Source: an uncultured Fibrobacterota bacterium
Lineage (GTDB): Bacteria; Fibrobacterota; Chitinivibrionia; Chitinivibrionales; FEN-1185
Reading direction: 5' to 3'
DNA: 64,000 nucleotides
Assembly (NCBI GenBank): GCA_963753345.1
Contig: CAVWBU010000034.1
Span: 31,484 to 95,483, forward strand
The position numbers and the translations under genes were made by a program. Shown piece after piece: positions 32,503-42,819 of this stretch (position 1 is its first letter; each line of letters begins with the position of its first letter). Below the pieces are notes generated by a model. It was not told where the DNA came from and searched no databases. It worked only from the letters and a program-made list of their open reading frames with translations.

Positions 32503-33760
32503 GCCGGTCCATCTGTTCCTTGAGCATGGCAACGTAGTTATGGCGCAGCGCCTCCATCTTGCCGCTCAGGCGCTTGCAGAAGCGCGATGCTTCGGCGAAA
32601 CCGCCGGCCTTTACATTCTGCCACAAGTCCCTGAGCGCGGCCTCATTGAGAATCTCGTTCGTGGACACGGGAAAATGCATCATCCGGTTCTCGGAGACTC
32701 TCTTGCAGGCATCGCGGATTATCTGCAGCAGTTCGGCCTGCGCTTCGGGATCGGCACGGTCGGTGAGGACGTCAAGCGCGCCTGAGAGCCGATCGAGGAA
32801 AAACCGCGCGTTGTATATGTAGTGCCTCTTGTCCCGGGGAACCTTGGGATCGTAATAATACTCGCCGATAACGCGCCCTTTGACCGTCTTCACCACCGAT
32901 TTTGGAAACAGGGCCGCCTCGGGTTCCATGCTCTCGCCGGCGGTTTCCTGGCCGCCCGCCTTCCTGAGAGCGTCGAGGGAAAAGGACGAGGTTTTGTCTT
33001 TGTCAATTTCAAAGATGTCTATGTCGATGGGAGCGTCGGCGACGGATGCGTCAGCCGCCTTTGCGCGGGGCTCAGCGACCGGGTCGCTTTCCTCGGGGGC
33101 CGGTTCGGCTTGCGCGGACGGTTCCACCTTTGCAACGGACGCGGACTCCTTTGCCGGGGCGCCGGCGATTTGCCCTTTGAGCTTTCCGGTGAACTTCTCG
33201 ACAGGATCCTCCCCTTCGGCCTGGGAAAGGATGATCTCATACAATCCGCTCACAATTTCATTCTCGTTGACTTCGAGCTCCTTCCTGACCCTTACGTCGG
33301 CAAGCTCGAGGTCCTTTTCCCTTGCCCTGAGCTTTTCGAGTTTCGCGGTGAGCTCGGCAAGCTGGTTTGCGCAATCGGCGATTTCCTTCTTGAGCGCCTC
33401 GATTTCCGAATCGCGCCTCTGCTTTTCTTCAAGAAGCCCGCGCGAATCCCTGGTCACCGTCTTTATGTGTTCCTCTTTGCTGCGAACCACGTCCATCTTC
33501 TTCTGATAGTACTGGATAAGCTGGCCCACGGTCGCGATCTCGCTTTCATTGCGCATGGTCTTCTTGAGGGACCAGAGGTGTTCGAGCGCCGCCCTCGCGT
33601 TGTCGGTTTCGCCGCGCAGAAGTCGTTCGGCGATGTCGTAGGTGCTTTCCGAAACGCTCGATGAGCTTGCATCGAGAAGGATGGAGTAGAATTTGTTGGA
33701 CTCTTTGGTGCTTCCGGACAGGTTTACAATTGCCTCTGAGTGCTCGCGTGCGCGTGCCAT
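32489..33760 (-). CDS. Hypothetical coiled-coil protein
   Basis: 423-aa ORF with a long heptad segment; overlaps the AraC gene start. Confidence 0.75.
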   Translation of the reverse strand: MARAREHSEAIVNLSGSTKESNKFYSILLDASSSSVSESTYDIAERLLRGETDNARAALEHLWSLKKTMRNESEIATVGQLIQYYQKKMDVVRSKEEHIKTVTRDSRGLLEEKQRRDSEIEALKKEIADCANQLAELTAKLEKLRAREKDLELADVRVRKELEVNENEIVSGLYEIILSQAEGEDPVEKFTGKLKGQIAGAPAKESASVAKVEPSAQAEPAPEESDPVAEPRAKAADASVADAPIDIDIFEIDKDKTSSFSLDALRKAGGQETAGESMEPEAALFPKSVVKTVKGRVIGEYYYDPKVPRDKRHYIYNARFFLDRLSGALDVLTDRADPEAQAELLQIIRDACKRVSENRMMHFPVSTNEILNEAALRDLWQNVKAGGFAEASRFCKRLSGKMEALRHNYVAMLKEQMDRHASV

Positions 33761-34142
33761 GACATACCCCTTTCCCGGGCTGGAAATGCAACGGCGGGCC
33801 TGATCGGGCCCGCACCGGCGCTTCCCTATTTATATGAAAGGACAAGGAAGGTTCGCGGTTGCGTACCGCTCTAGTGCAATTCGAATTATACAACATCGCA
33901 TAAGGTGTGTCAACAGGCAGATTCCATAACACTACCCAATATCAACAGGTTAACAAAATGATGTGTGGCGCATCACGCCAGATACCACCCGTGGTACAGA
34001 GCGCGCGTCAAACGACCGCACCCGTTTGCCTGCTGCGCGATTCTAGCTGACAGTGCCTTCATCAATATCGTATATTGTAAAGGACGGCTTACGGATTTTG
34101 ATACGTTTGACCCAGGAATAGCGAAGAAAGCGGATTGTTGTC

Positions 34143-35498
34143 ATGGACAAAAAGCAACTCAAGGAACAGGTCGAGACCATCCGGCAGGCCTTCAGCTACA
34201 TCACCCGGTTTAGGGGCCAGACCTTTGTGATAAAGATCGAGGGCGGCCTTATCGGCGATCCTTTCTTCCCCGTTCTGATAAAAGACATCGCGCTGTTGCA
34301 CCATATGGGGATACGCATCGTGCTCGTGCCGGGCGCAAAGGACCGGATCGACGACATCCTCAACACGTACAACGTCCGGTTCGACGTCGTCAACGGCATC
34401 CGGATATCCACCCCGGAATCGATACCGTTTATCAAGATGGCGGCGTTCGACGTGTCGAACAAAGTGATGACCATGCTCGCGGAAAACCGGACCAACGCGG
34501 TGATCGGCAACTGGGTGCGGGCGCGGAGCATCGGCGTGCGGAGCGGCGTCGACTACCAGAGTTCGGGTATGGTGGAGGCGCTGGAAACCGGCATCATCAA
34601 CAACGTGCTCAACGAGGACCTGGTCCCGATCTTCCCGAACATCGGGTGGAACGCGCAGGGGAAGCCCTACAACCTTTCGTCGAACGAGCTCGCTTTAACC
34701 ATCGCGACCGAGCTCGGGGCGGCAAAGCTGTTCTTCGTCACCGAGACCGGCGGCATCAGGGCGAAGGGGTTTACCGTGCCCAGAAGCGTGTATGTGTCAA
34801 GCGACGGGATCATCTCTCAGTTCACGCTTGCCGAGGCGGAGGAGTTTACGTCCGCGAACAGCGGCGCGACCGTGAAGCCGGGGTACGAGCTTGTCTCCCT
34901 TGCGTGCAGAGCGTGCAGGGGCGGCGTGGCGCGGGTGCACATTGTGGACGGCCGGGTGGAAGGAATGATACTCAAGGAGATCTTTTCCAACCGGGGCCTC
35001 GGGACCATGATCTACGCCAACCAGCACGAGAACATCCGGCAGATGAACCACGCCGACGTTCCGGAAGTGCTCAAGCTCATGGAACCGCTCATGGCAATGG
35101 GCGCACTTGTCAAGCGGACCGCGCAGGATATCGAGGACCGGCTCGCCGATTACGCGGTCTACGAGGTCGACGGCACGCTGCACGGCTGCGGCGCGCTGCA
35201 CCGGTATCCCCAGCATCAGGCGGAACTCGCCGGCATCGCCGTGGACGACGTGTACGCAAGCCTCGGCATCGGACAGAAAATCGTCTCCTACCTGCTCGAC
35301 AAGGGCGTGCGCATGAAACTGAGGCGGGTGTTTGTGCTCACGACGCAGACGTCGGACTGGTTTTCCCAGCTCGGGTTCAAGAAGGCCGACGTTTCGGCGC
35401 TGCCCGCGGAGCGGCGGCAGACCTACGACAGGAAGCGGAATTCGCTCGTGCTGGTACACAACATTTCGCAGGCAAAGAAAGTGCATATTGTTGAGTAG
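34143..35498 (+). CDS. argA: Amino-acid N-acetyltransferase (N-acetylglutamate synthase)
   Basis: AAK domain (YITRFRGQTFVIKI, RVHIVDG, EIFSNRGLGTMI) plus GNAT domain (AELAGIAV, FVLTTQTSDWF, RNSLV). Confidence 0.93.
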   Translation: MDKKQLKEQVETIRQAFSYITRFRGQTFVIKIEGGLIGDPFFPVLIKDIALLHHMGIRIVLVPGAKDRIDDILNTYNVRFDVVNGIRISTPESIPFIKMAAFDVSNKVMTMLAENRTNAVIGNWVRARSIGVRSGVDYQSSGMVEALETGIINNVLNEDLVPIFPNIGWNAQGKPYNLSSNELALTIATELGAAKLFFVTETGGIRAKGFTVPRSVYVSSDGIISQFTLAEAEEFTSANSGATVKPGYELVSLACRACRGGVARVHIVDGRVEGMILKEIFSNRGLGTMIYANQHENIRQMNHADVPEVLKLMEPLMAMGALVKRTAQDIEDRLADYAVYEVDGTLHGCGALHRYPQHQAELAGIAVDDVYASLGIGQKIVSYLLDKGVRMKLRRVFVLTTQTSDWFSQLGFKKADVSALPAERRQTYDRKRNSLVLVHNISQAKKVHIVE

Positions 35499-35520
35499 CC
35501 AGTAAGGAATTTTAAAAAAG

Positions 35521-35927
35521 TTGGGCGTTCCCCCGCTTTGCGGGGTCGGTTCCACCCCTTCGGGTGCTTCGAGGCGTCGTCCTTCCGGGCTCGGCAATTC
35601 GCCTCGTTGCCGGACCGCCCGAGTCGCCTGCGGCGAGGGTCGGCCGGCAATGTGTTCTTGCACACCCTCCGTCGCCCCTAACGCGCGGCATGAGAAATCT
35701 ATTCTGCTAATTTATTCTTCTTGCGCTCAGCCTCCAACTTTCAACAGTCAACTTTCCACTCTCTTTCTCGGTGCCCCCGCAACCGAGGTTTCTTATTTGC
35801 AAATTAATTCTCTTGGGGGCTACCCACGAGGGGGTGTGCCCCCGGATCACCATCGCCGCAAAAATTTTGCCTTGGGTAAGGACATGCGGCGATGGAAGCC
35901 GGGGGCCAGGGGGACACTTCCCCCACC
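35521..35927 (+). repeat. Bipartite structured dispersed element, full copy
   Basis: ttgggcgttcccc...gggtcgg...cctaacgcgcggca / spacer with ttcaac units / ggtgcccccgc...gggggctacccacgaggggg...ccagggggacacttcccccacc. Confidence 0.88.
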
Positions 35928-36058
35928 CAAGTTATGAGATGATTCGCTTTTAGTCTCTCCTAATTTCTTCCATTTCCCCGAATAATTACTTATACTTATT
36001 AAGTGGGGTATTTGATGATACCCAGGCTCACACAATAGTCAACGAACCGGGAGGCCCC

Positions 36059-36292
36059 ATGCGCAACATCATCTTCCTTGTCGTCGCTATCTCGGCCATC
36101 ATCGTCATCGCCTTGAACGTCACCCGGCTTACCACCGTGCCGAAGCAGGTCAAGGACGCCCTTCAGACCGAAAAGGGCGATACGATCAAGTCCATGCCGC
36201 AGATACCCGACCATGTGCGGAAAGTGCTGGAGAATTCCAACAGGGTCGCCGATTCCAACATGAACGAAGGCGTGCGGTCGGTTGACAAATAG
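36059..36292 (+). CDS. Small membrane-anchored hypothetical protein
   Basis: RBS ggagg; hydrophobic N-terminus; 77 aa. Confidence 0.65.
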   Translation: MRNIIFLVVAISAIIVIALNVTRLTTVPKQVKDALQTEKGDTIKSMPQIPDHVRKVLENSNRVADSNMNEGVRSVDK

Positions 36293-36329
36293 CGCTGCGT
36301 TGACGAACACCGAGTGGGAGGACAACCCG

Positions 36330-38672
36330 ATGACGAACCTCCACTACCGCCGGTGCTTCCGGCCGCGTTGGTGCATTTCCTCGTATGCGGCAATCGCAGC
36401 GATTGTTCTGTCATCGCTTCCCCTGGCCGCCGCCACCTATTATGTCGCAAACAACGGCAATGACCTCGCCGACGGGAAATCCCCTTCATCGGCGCTTGCT
36501 ACGCTGGCCGCGGCCGCGGCAAAGCTCAAGTCCCGTGACACCCTGCTGCTCAACCGCGGCGACGTATTCCGCGACTCCATCAACCTTGCGGCGCTCACAA
36601 GCCCCACAATAGCCCCCTACGGCGCGGCGAATCTTGCCCGGCCCGTGATAAGCGGCGGCATTGCCATTTCGCAATGGACGGTGTACAAACCGGGCGTGTG
36701 GGTCGCGCCATGCCCCGCAAAAATTGAGAACTTCTATGCGGACGACTCACTCATGACGCTCGCGCGGTACCCGGACACGGGCTGGCTGCGCATCGACACC
36801 ATGACCGAAAACAGTGACGGCTCGGCAACGGTGATCACCTGTGCGGCGCTTGCGGCAAACCCGCGTAACGCCGCCGGCTACTGGACAAATGCACAAATCC
36901 GCTGGCGGCGGTGGAGCTGGTGGTTTGAAACGCGGCGCATCATCTCCTACGATCCGTCCGGCAGGCTCACCCTCGCCGGTGCGAGCATCATCCACATCAT
37001 GGGGACAAAGGGCTGGGGATTCTACGTCGACAAGAAGTTCGAGGAGCTGGACGCTCCGGGCGAATGGTATTACGACAGCACCGCGAAGAAGGTCTATTTT
37101 TATCCGCCCGCGGGAAAAGACCCGAACACGATGGCGATCGAGGGCTCGCACGCCGCATCGGGTCTGATCTTGACAGGAGGGACTATCGACAACGTATGCT
37201 TCCGGCACCAGACCCTGAGCGGCGTGACGATCTCCCGCACCAGCATCATCACCAACTGCCTGTTCCGCGGCATCGGCGGCGACAACGGCGGCTCCGCGCT
37301 GCAGGCCTCATGGGACATCGCCGATTCGCACATCGCAGGCAACCGTTTCGAAAACAATCTCAACATCGGCATTTCGTGGTACGAGAATTCGGGGCGGCTC
37401 GGCGCAACGGTGATCGAGAAAGACACGTTGCTGTCCACGGGTTCGGTCCCGGGCTACGGCGGCAGCGGCACGTGGCACGCGGTGGGGATCCTGGTCCACT
37501 TGAGCAAGAACGTGACGGTGCAGAACAACTACATTGACAAAACGGGATACGCCGGCATCCTCCTCGGCAGCGACAGCAATTACGTGCAGTACAACATCAT
37601 CAGGAACGCCATGTACACGCTCAATGACGGCGGCGCGATCTACGCCGACTGCGGGCACAGCTTCATTAAGAACAACATCATCTACGACACCAAGGGCGAT
37701 CTCACTTCCTCCGGGCCGTGGTACCCGCTGGGCCACGGCATATGGCTCGAATTCCTCGGTGATTTCACGGGCAGCGTGGTTGAAAACAACACCATCGTGC
37801 GGAGCGGGTGCAACGGCATCTACCTGCCCAACAATTTCTCCGCCACCGTGCGCAGCAACGTGCTCTTCGACAACACGGTGTCGCAGATGGACCTCGACGG
37901 AGAATTGACAAACAGCAGCACCGGCCGCACCCAGAACCTGCCGCAGAACAACACGTTCCAGGGGAACGTGTGCTATGCCCTGTCGCGCGCCGAAAAAACG
38001 CTTACGTTCCGGCCCGAATACGACTACGGCACCATGGCCGGCGATTACTTCTGCGATCCCTATAGCGACTCGGTGGTTTCCGGCTACGGCACGGGAAACA
38101 ACTATTACACCATCTACGACTACCCCATTGCCCGCTGGCAGCAATTGTATTCGTGGGCCGACAAGACGGCAAAAACCGACCCGTTCAAACGGCCGCTCGG
38201 CATGGCAAGCGCGAACCCGTACGGCAAGGGCGAAATCTTCATCAACGAATCGCCCCTCGACGAAAACCTTCCGCTGGGAACCGCGCAGTACAAGGACCTC
38301 GACGGCAATCCGGTGAGCGGGCTGGTAAGCGTCCCCGCGTTCTTCTCAAAAATTCTTGTCAGATGCGACAGCTCGAGCGGCGTCGCCGGCGGCGTATCGG
38401 CCCTTTCGCGGCGGGCTTCTTTTACGATCCTGTCTGTGTCGTCAGGCCGGCTCACCTACTTCCTCGCGCAAAAGACCGGCCTTGTACTTGACGTGTACGA
38501 CTTGAGGGGCCGCCTGGTGTTTCACTGCAATATACCCGAGGAAAACGCGGGTGGCCATTCGTTGAACCTTGCACTGCGGCCGGGGAGCGGGCTTTCGCGC
38601 GGTATATATTACTACGAGGCTACCGCAGGGAGCGTTGCGCGGCGGTCCGGCATGTTCACGGTGTTGAAGTAA
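36330..38672 (+). CDS. Right-handed parallel beta-helix protein (putative polysaccharide-active enzyme) with T9SS-like CTD
   Basis: ATYYVANNGND, LARYPD, LDAPGEWYYD, LNDGGAIY, repeated NNxI units; CTD VYDLRGRLV...GIYYY. Confidence 0.85.
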   Translation: MTNLHYRRCFRPRWCISSYAAIAAIVLSSLPLAAATYYVANNGNDLADGKSPSSALATLAAAAAKLKSRDTLLLNRGDVFRDSINLAALTSPTIAPYGAANLARPVISGGIAISQWTVYKPGVWVAPCPAKIENFYADDSLMTLARYPDTGWLRIDTMTENSDGSATVITCAALAANPRNAAGYWTNAQIRWRRWSWWFETRRIISYDPSGRLTLAGASIIHIMGTKGWGFYVDKKFEELDAPGEWYYDSTAKKVYFYPPAGKDPNTMAIEGSHAASGLILTGGTIDNVCFRHQTLSGVTISRTSIITNCLFRGIGGDNGGSALQASWDIADSHIAGNRFENNLNIGISWYENSGRLGATVIEKDTLLSTGSVPGYGGSGTWHAVGILVHLSKNVTVQNNYIDKTGYAGILLGSDSNYVQYNIIRNAMYTLNDGGAIYADCGHSFIKNNIIYDTKGDLTSSGPWYPLGHGIWLEFLGDFTGSVVENNTIVRSGCNGIYLPNNFSATVRSNVLFDNTVSQMDLDGELTNSSTGRTQNLPQNNTFQGNVCYALSRAEKTLTFRPEYDYGTMAGDYFCDPYSDSVVSGYGTGNNYYTIYDYPIARWQQLYSWADKTAKTDPFKRPLGMASANPYGKGEIFINESPLDENLPLGTAQYKDLDGNPVSGLVSVPAFFSKILVRCDSSSGVAGGVSALSRRASFTILSVSSGRLTYFLAQKTGLVLDVYDLRGRLVFHCNIPEENAGGHSLNLALRPGSGLSRGIYYYEATAGSVARRSGMFTVLK

Positions 38673-38712
38673 CAGGTTCTTCGCCTCTCATATTTTGCAG
38701 GACGCCTCTGCC

Positions 38713-39036
38713 ATGGAATACAGAAAAATCACCTCTGACCATGACTGGCACGATCTCTGGCTTGGCAAGTTTACCGCGGAGCTCGGCGCCAGAAATTTCT
38801 CCAAGGAGGAAACCTCGTCGCATCGCGCGGTCATCTCGGATTTTCTGACCGCGCACAAGGGAAATCCGCGGGAAATCAGCGAGCGCGCACTGCGGGCGTT
38901 TCTTGCAAAACGCCCGCCGGCCGACATCGCTCCGCTTGCCCTGTTCTACGATTGCGTGGCGCATTCCGAGAAACACCTTGAAGTGCTTGCGCGGCTCTCC
39001 GTTTCCAGGACCAAGACCGCGGCAAAGAAACCCTAA
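38713..39036 (+). CDS. Stand-alone integrase N-terminal SAM-like domain protein (tentative)
   Basis: ELGARNFSKEETSSHRAVISDFL...NPREISERALRAFL...LALFY follows the IntI/Xer N-terminal pattern; no catalytic domain. Confidence 0.55.
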   Translation: MEYRKITSDHDWHDLWLGKFTAELGARNFSKEETSSHRAVISDFLTAHKGNPREISERALRAFLAKRPPADIAPLALFYDCVAHSEKHLEVLARLSVSRTKTAAKKP

Positions 39037-39040
39037 CACG

Positions 39041-39781
39041 ATGACGCCGTTTCCGAATTTCCGCGACCTGGGCGGCCTGGCGGCAGGCAACGGGAGAAAA
39101 CTCAAGACCGGACTCCTCTTCCGGTCCGGCCAGTTCGGTAAATTGACAAATAGTGAACTGGAAAGTCTGGTCTCCCTCCGCATTCGCACCGTGGTGGACC
39201 TGCGCTCGGCCCGGGAATCGGGCAGGCGCCGGGACGCCGGCGGCGCAATCGCCACCGTGCGCCTGCCCATAGAACTGGAAGACAAATACCGGAAGCGCGT
39301 GCGTCCGCTCCTGTACCGGCGAAACGCCGGGAACGCCGTCGCCGCCGTCGTTGAGTCTCTCTACGCGGAACTCGTAACCGACCAGAAGCCGGCCATCGGA
39401 CAGCTTTACGGAATCCTGGCGTCGAAGGACCGCTACCCTCTGCTGATGCATTGCCGGGCCGGCCAGGACCGCACCGGGTTTGTGACCGCTGTCGTGCTGC
39501 TTTCGCTCGGTGTTGACAAGAAGGACATCGTCTCAGATTACCTTCGATCCACCGGCTATTCGGTTCCCAGGGTGCGCATCATGACGAGCGTTTTAAGGGC
39601 GTTTGGCCTCGGGCTCACGTTTGTCGCCAATTTCGAGGCCGCCTTCACCGCGCACGAGCGGTACGTGCGCGCGGTGTTCGGGGAGATTGAAGCCAAGTTC
39701 GGCACGGTGGAGCGGTATCTGCAGTCGTGCGGGGTCCCGCAGGAGCGGCTTGCCGCATTCAGGGAGATCGTGCTGGAGTAA
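39041..39781 (+). CDS. Tyrosine-protein phosphatase family protein (Y_phosphatase3-like)
   Basis: NFRDLGG, LFRSG, VVDLRS, HCRAGQDRTG (Cx5R), DYLRS. Confidence 0.92.
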   Translation: MTPFPNFRDLGGLAAGNGRKLKTGLLFRSGQFGKLTNSELESLVSLRIRTVVDLRSARESGRRRDAGGAIATVRLPIELEDKYRKRVRPLLYRRNAGNAVAAVVESLYAELVTDQKPAIGQLYGILASKDRYPLLMHCRAGQDRTGFVTAVVLLSLGVDKKDIVSDYLRSTGYSVPRVRIMTSVLRAFGLGLTFVANFEAAFTAHERYVRAVFGEIEAKFGTVERYLQSCGVPQERLAAFREIVLE

Positions 39782-39806
39782 GAGATCTACAAAAGGAAAA
39801 TATTGT

Positions 39807-42002
39807 ATGAGATTTGGCGGTTTTATCTCGTTTCTCCTTCTGCTTGCGACAATAGCCTACAATCAGGATTCCACCATCGTCAATGTACGTCCGCGCACCG
39901 ACTCTCTCTCTTCTTCCCCCGCCGACACCATATCCAAGGCCGCCAAACCCGCCCACTGGGACAGCGCCGCGTCGCTTGACAAAATGGTTGTCACCGGCAC
40001 GCGCACGCCCCGTTCCATCAAGGACAATCCGGCCGCGGTCTTCGTGGTCACCGAAGGAGCAGATCGAAGCGTCGCCCGCGAACAACGTGAGCGACATCCT
40101 GCTCTACCAGCCGGGGCTGCAGGTGCAGCGGTCGGTGGGCATGGGCGAAGGGGTCCCCACGAACATCAACCTGCGCGGCGTGCCGGCCGCCACCGCCGGT
40201 CCGCGCGCACGCTCATTCTGGTGGACGGCATTCCCACCAATGCGGCAGGCACGCCGTTCCTCATTCTCAACGAAGTGCCCCTGGAGTCGATTGAGCGGGT
40301 GGAGGTGGTGGAAGGACCGTATTCCGGTTTGTACGGGCCCAACGCTTTCGGCGGCGTGGTGAACATCATCACCAGGAATCCTTCCCCCGGCATTCACGGC
40401 TCGGTTTCGGGCGGCGGGTATCTTGGCTTCTACGACGTTGACGGCGAGGGAAGCGTCTCGCTGGGCAGGTTCTCCTTGCTTGTCAACGCGGCGGCGCGGG
40501 GTATTGACAACTGGACAGGCAGGGATTCCGTGGACCATTTCTGGGTGGGCAGCGACTCCGCAGGCCACCCCATTGCCCACCATGACCGGATTACAAATTC
40601 GAACAACTACGGGTACTACGACCGCCGAATCTTCGGGAAACTCGGCTATGCGCTTTCGAGCAGGGCTACGCTCACGCTGCAGGCGCGGTATTTCGACAGC
40701 GACCTGGGGTTTGGCACAACCGAGTACGGCAATCCTCCGAGCAACATATCCACTCTTGGGCAGAAATTCCTGATAGGTCCCTCTCTCAAGATGAATATCT
40801 CGCCGGCATTCGACCTTCATGTTGCGGCGTACTACGACGGCCTCCTTGGCACGTTCTACAGCCAGGGTGTCGAGCGCACCGATTCAACGCTCGACACCGC
40901 AGGCAGCGTGTGGAAAACCCAGTCCAACGACGTGGATCTTGACGCCCAGGCGGTGCTGAAGCTGGGCGGCCACAACACCGCGACCATCGGGTTCGACATC
41001 CTTGACAACATGATAAACTTCGGGCCCAGGCGGAACCCCGCGACCGACAGCCTGATGTACGACCCCAACGCCCCGGACAGCCTCTCCGACAGCGCGAACA
41101 AATCCATGATAAACGGCGGCGTCTATGTTCAAGACGAAATGCGTTACGGACGCTTCGTGGGCATTGCCGGCGCCCGTCTCGACTACAATTCCGTTTTCGG
41201 CGCGGCGATATGTCCCAAACTCGGGATCGTTTACAAACAGAACGACATGTTCAGGCTCAAGTTCTCGGCGGGCAGGGCGTTCCGCGCGCCATCTCTGGGT
41301 GAATTGTATCTGCCGGACATGCCGATCAACTCCGGTACGACGCTTGTTTCGAATCCCCATCTCGTCCCCGAGTATATCTGGACCGTGGACGGCGGTCCCG
41401 AATTCGATTTTCTCAGGATGATGAATGTGAGGATAGCGGGTTTTTACAATTACATGAATGATCTGATAACGCAGGAAGTCATCAACCAATACTACCAGCA
41501 GTTCCTTCAGAACGCGCTCCTCAGCCACAAGAACATAGAAAACGCCTGGTCGGCAGGCGCAGAAGCGTCGCTGCAGTTCAGGCTCCCGAAGTGGGGCATG
41601 TTCTTCTTCAATTACACGTTCACCGAGTCGGAAAACGAGCAGATGCACGGTCCGCTCGATTACATTCCAGAGCACGCGTTCAATGTCGGCGTCTATTTCG
41701 GCAAGGCCTTCGGTCCCGTCACGGTGAGCGGATCGATCCTCGAAGATTTTGTGGGCAGCCGCGAGTATCTCGATTTCCAGGAGGCGGCGCTGTATCCGCT
41801 TCCCTCAAACCCGCAGGACATCAGTCCCGCCTACGTGACCCTCCCCTCCTATTTCCGCACCGACGCATCCGTAAAGATTGCGTACCGCATGGTGTGGATC
41901 GGCATCGAGGGCCTGAACCTGACAAATGCGACAATCATGGAAGAGGCGGGGACCTTTGCGCCGCCAAGGTTTGTTTGGGGCCGGGTCGGAGTGAAGTTTT
42001 AG
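39807..42002 (+). CDS. TonB-dependent outer-membrane receptor (two compensating frameshifts at ~40054-40205)
   Basis: VVTGTRT, ILVDGIP, IERVEVVEGPYSGLYGPNAFGGVVNIITR, GRAFRAPS, terminal F; the plug segment PANNVSDILLYQPGL...INLRG lies in another frame. Confidence 0.88.
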   Translation: MRFGGFISFLLLLATIAYNQDSTIVNVRPRTDSLSSSPADTISKAAKPAHWDSAASLDKMVVTGTRTPRSIKDNPAAVFVVTEGADRSVAREQRERHPALPAGAAGAAVGGHGRRGPHEHQPARRAGRHRRSARTLILVDGIPTNAAGTPFLILNEVPLESIERVEVVEGPYSGLYGPNAFGGVVNIITRNPSPGIHGSVSGGGYLGFYDVDGEGSVSLGRFSLLVNAAARGIDNWTGRDSVDHFWVGSDSAGHPIAHHDRITNSNNYGYYDRRIFGKLGYALSSRATLTLQARYFDSDLGFGTTEYGNPPSNISTLGQKFLIGPSLKMNISPAFDLHVAAYYDGLLGTFYSQGVERTDSTLDTAGSVWKTQSNDVDLDAQAVLKLGGHNTATIGFDILDNMINFGPRRNPATDSLMYDPNAPDSLSDSANKSMINGGVYVQDEMRYGRFVGIAGARLDYNSVFGAAICPKLGIVYKQNDMFRLKFSAGRAFRAPSLGELYLPDMPINSGTTLVSNPHLVPEYIWTVDGGPEFDFLRMMNVRIAGFYNYMNDLITQEVINQYYQQFLQNALLSHKNIENAWSAGAEASLQFRLPKWGMFFFNYTFTESENEQMHGPLDYIPEHAFNVGVYFGKAFGPVTVSGSILEDFVGSREYLDFQEAALYPLPSNPQDISPAYVTLPSYFRTDASVKIAYRMVWIGIEGLNLTNATIMEEAGTFAPPRFVWGRVGVKF

Positions 42003-42023
42003 TCAATAATTCAAGAAGAAGAA

Positions 42024-42412
42024 TTGGGCGTTCCCCCGCTTCGCGGGGTCGGTCTCCCTCCGGGCTCGGCTATTCGCCTCGTTGCCGGACCGCCCTAATC
42101 GCCTGCGGCGAGGGTCGGCCGGCAATTCGCTCCAGCTCACCCTCCGGTCCACCTAACGCGCGGCAGCAGAATTCTATTCAGTCAATTACTTCTTCTCGCG
42201 CTAATCGGCATCCGCAATAAATTGGCTAGGGGCTCTTCTTTGCATTTTCTACTTTTCTACTTTTCAACGTTTCAACTCTTCAACAACTCCCCAAGGGTGC
42301 CGCCACAGCAATGCACGGTCTTGCAGCTACTTTGTCAAGGCGGTCACCCAGGAGGGGGTAGCGGAGGACTTTGCGAAGCAAAGGTCGAAGCGAGGGGGAA
42401 ACCTCCCCCACA
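42024..42412 (+). repeat. Bipartite structured dispersed element, full copy
   Basis: ttgggcgttcccccgcttcgcggggtcgg...cctaacgcgcggcag...ttcaacgtttcaactcttcaac...gggtgccgcc...ccaggagggggtagcgga...gagggggaaacctcccccac. Confidence 0.88.
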
Positions 42413-42443
42413 TGTAAGACTGTGCTAAAGAAGAAACTTGAGG

Positions 42444-42806
42444 TTAAGCCTGAGTCGCACCCAAACCCGGTTTTGCCTGCTGGTGAAACTTGTCATCCGC
42501 GCCTTTTTTCACCACGGCCGGCGAATACATGTTCTCCAGCCAGAGGCACTTCTTGGGGCAGGCGTCCACGCACGCGCCGCACGAGATGCAGCGCAGGCGG
42601 TTGATCTGCCAGTCCCCCGCCGCCTTGGTCACGATGATCGCGGCCGTGGGACAGCGCTTCTGACAGATGCCGCACAGGATGCATTTGTCGATGTCGATGG
42701 CGACCGCGCCGCGCGTGGCCTTGAAAAACGGCCGCTTCACAAACGGGTACAGGCGGGTGGCGGGGCGCGACAGCACGCTCCGCGCGATCACTTTTCCAAA
42801 CGACAT
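42444..42806 (-). CDS. echF: Ech hydrogenase 2[4Fe-4S] subunit
   Basis: CILCGICQKRCP and CISCGACVDACP; PATRLYP. Confidence 0.9.
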   Translation of the reverse strand: MSFGKVIARSVLSRPATRLYPFVKRPFFKATRGAVAIDIDKCILCGICQKRCPTAAIIVTKAAGDWQINRLRCISCGACVDACPKKCLWLENMYSPAVVKKGADDKFHQQAKPGLGATQA

Positions 42807-42819
42807 ATGGCGATCATGG

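Noticed and set aside
39782-39806. Cobalamin riboswitch before the TonB-dependent receptor
   Set aside because: The intergenic gap is only about 25 nt and there is no B12-box.
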